From Chiloscyllium plagiosum (taxonomy: Eukaryota), in the NCBI RefSeq assembly GCF_004010195.1, contig NC_057718.1, forward strand, positions 100,572,411-100,636,410: 64,000 nt of DNA, given 5' to 3'. A program made the position numbers and the translations under genes. Below, piece after piece: positions 61,865 through 64,000 of this stretch (within the stretch, counting starts at the first letter, position 1; every line of letters starts with the position of its first letter). The notes under the pieces were generated by a model. It was not told the DNA's origin and made no database searches. It was given only the letters and a program-made list of their open reading frames with translations.

Positions 61865-62765
61865 GAATTAGAAATGTACAGCATGGAAACAGACCCTTTC
61901 GTCCAACTCATCCAACCCGATCTAGTCCCACTGCCAGCACCCGGCCCATATCTCTCCAAACCTTTCCTATTCATATTCTCATCCAAATGCCTTTTAAATG
62001 TTGCAATTGTACCACTTCCTCTGGCAGCTCATTCTATACATGTACCACCCTCTGCGTGAAAACGTTGCCCCTTAGGTCTGTTCTTTATCTTTCCCCTCTC
62101 ATCCTAAACCTACGCCCCCGAGTTCTGGACTCCCCAGGAAAAAAAACTTTGTCTATTTATCCTATCCCTGCCCTTCATGATTTTATAAACATCTATAAGG
62201 TTACCCCTCAGCCTCCAGTGCTCCAAGGAAAATAGCTCCAGCCTATTCAACCTTTCCCTATAGCTCAAATCCTCCAACCCTGGCAACATTCTGGTAAATC
62301 TTTTCTGAACCCTTTCAAGTTTCACAACATCTTTCTGATAGGAAGGAGACCAGAACTGCATGCAATGTTCCAAAAGTGGCCGAACCAACATGACCTCCCA
62401 GCTCCTATACTCAATGCTCTGACCAATAAAGGTAAACATACCAAATGCCTTCTTCACTATCCTATCTACTTGCGGCTCTACTTTCAAGGAACTATGAACC
62501 TGCACCCCAAAGTCTCTTTGTTCAGGACTTTACCATTACGTGTATAAGTCATGCTAAGATTTGCTTTCCCAAAATGCAACACTTCGCATTTATCTGAATT
62601 AAACTCCATCTGCCACTCCTCAGTCCATTCGCCCATCTGATCAAGGTCCCATTGTAATCTGAGTTAACCTTCCTTGCTGTCCACCACACCTCCAATTTTG
62701 GTGTCATTTGCAAATTACTAACTATACTTCTTATGCATACATCCAAATCATTTATATAAATGGTG
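61865..62765 (-). mobile_element. CR1-type LINE RT 3' fragment
   Basis: LVRPLLEHCMQFWSP...LFSLEHWRLRGNL; FADD-equivalent region near 62700. Confidence 0.88.
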
Positions 62766-64000
62766 AAAATGACAAAATTCTCTGTCTCTGTGAAGATTCT
62801 TCATGCTCAGAACCCCTATGCGCTGGCTTAGACCCAGCATAAAACATGTCTATACTTGAAGGTATGTGAAAACATTGCCAGCAACTGTCAGTGAGATGAA
62901 TGGCAAGCATTGATTCTTCACTCTGAACTGCAAAATCCTGGCAAGAATTAGTGGAACATTGTGGGATGGGTTCAGGATGAAAAGTAGGAACAAAGAGAGT
63001 GGATTTGCTGTGTTCGCATGACCTCCATTTGTTTGTGGTGATGCAGCCTATCGGCAGGCGTTAGTAAAGAAACATGGGTTTTCACATTGCAATTCAAACC
63101 CTATTTTTAAGCAGTGGTTTTCGAACAGTAGCCATCACTGAATCATTTTATTTTGTTTCATAACCACAAATCAAAGGGAAAATCCAGTCCTTTGTCAGCT
63201 TATGAAAACTAAATGCTTCACAGATAATCATCTTTCAAAGGCGACTTGTCCAGGAGAATGAGTAATGAAGCTAATGTTGACCACAGCAGCTGAAGCAATG
63301 ATATGGCAATGTATACATGTTACAGAAAAGCATGCAGTAGGTTGACAAAAATATGCTTTGAAGGGAGACATTCTGGAAACATCCCACGAGATCTTCTGGT
63401 TTTCTTTCATTATAGATGGTACGCAGAGAACCACAAATTATGAAATACATTTTCCAGACGTTTTGTAACTAAACTGATTCCCAAATTTAAAAATCTGAAA
63501 AGACATCCAACTTGGTTTTAAAAAGCATGGTCTATGTAAAAGCAAAACACTCTGAGCATATTCTCAACTGAAAATTAGAATGAGAAATTCACAAGGAACC
63601 AGAGAGAGAGAGAGAGAAAAGGAAGGGTGATTGAAAGTATGGACAGAAAGATGATTTTGGGATAGTATTCATTAGGAGCTTGTGAAGAGTTGAAGGAATT
63701 TAGAGTGGGAGTTATGATAAGGAGGAATAAGGCAGAATTTTCCTGAGGCAAATTGAGACACAATCTCAAGAGGTAAGAATAAGAGCATTGAATAAATCAG
63801 TAGGGGTGTGCATGTTTGGAGGAGGTTGCAGTTTGTCGTTATAAAAAGCAGGGATTTGAAGAAGGGGAAGAAAATCTAATGTTCAAATTTGGTGCACAAC
63901 TAACCACTCTACATTGATGAGTGATTGGAAGTATGGACATGATTTTGAAACCCCCCCCAGAGGTGGTGAGAAATGAAGCCTGAGACACTAATCCCCTTGC

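Overview
Vertebrate genomic DNA, most likely an elasmobranch (shark). This is inferred from HE1-type SINEs and abundant CR1-type LINEs. The window holds the 5' part of the taspase 1 gene (TASP1) on the minus strand: a CpG island at about 56.7-57.45 kb and ten coding exons from 57128 down to 8020. All splice sites are GT-AG with matching phases, giving 976 nt (325 codons) that include the Asp|Thr autocleavage and nucleophile site. The last exons lie to the left of the window. Introns are dense with decayed CR1/L2-type LINEs, SINEs, a solo LTR and MITE remnants. The most notable signal is a set of Penelope-like retroelements (PLEs). One is a 2.4-kb 5'-truncated RT plus GIY-YIG copy with inverted ~360-380-bp terminal arms. 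The rest are two families of ~200-bp non-coding hairpin derivatives that fold back at a minimal type I hammerhead-ribozyme motif, carry an unpaired tail of about 31-37 nt, and in some cases have target-site duplications. Most short ORFs in the supplied track are repeat fragments or noise.
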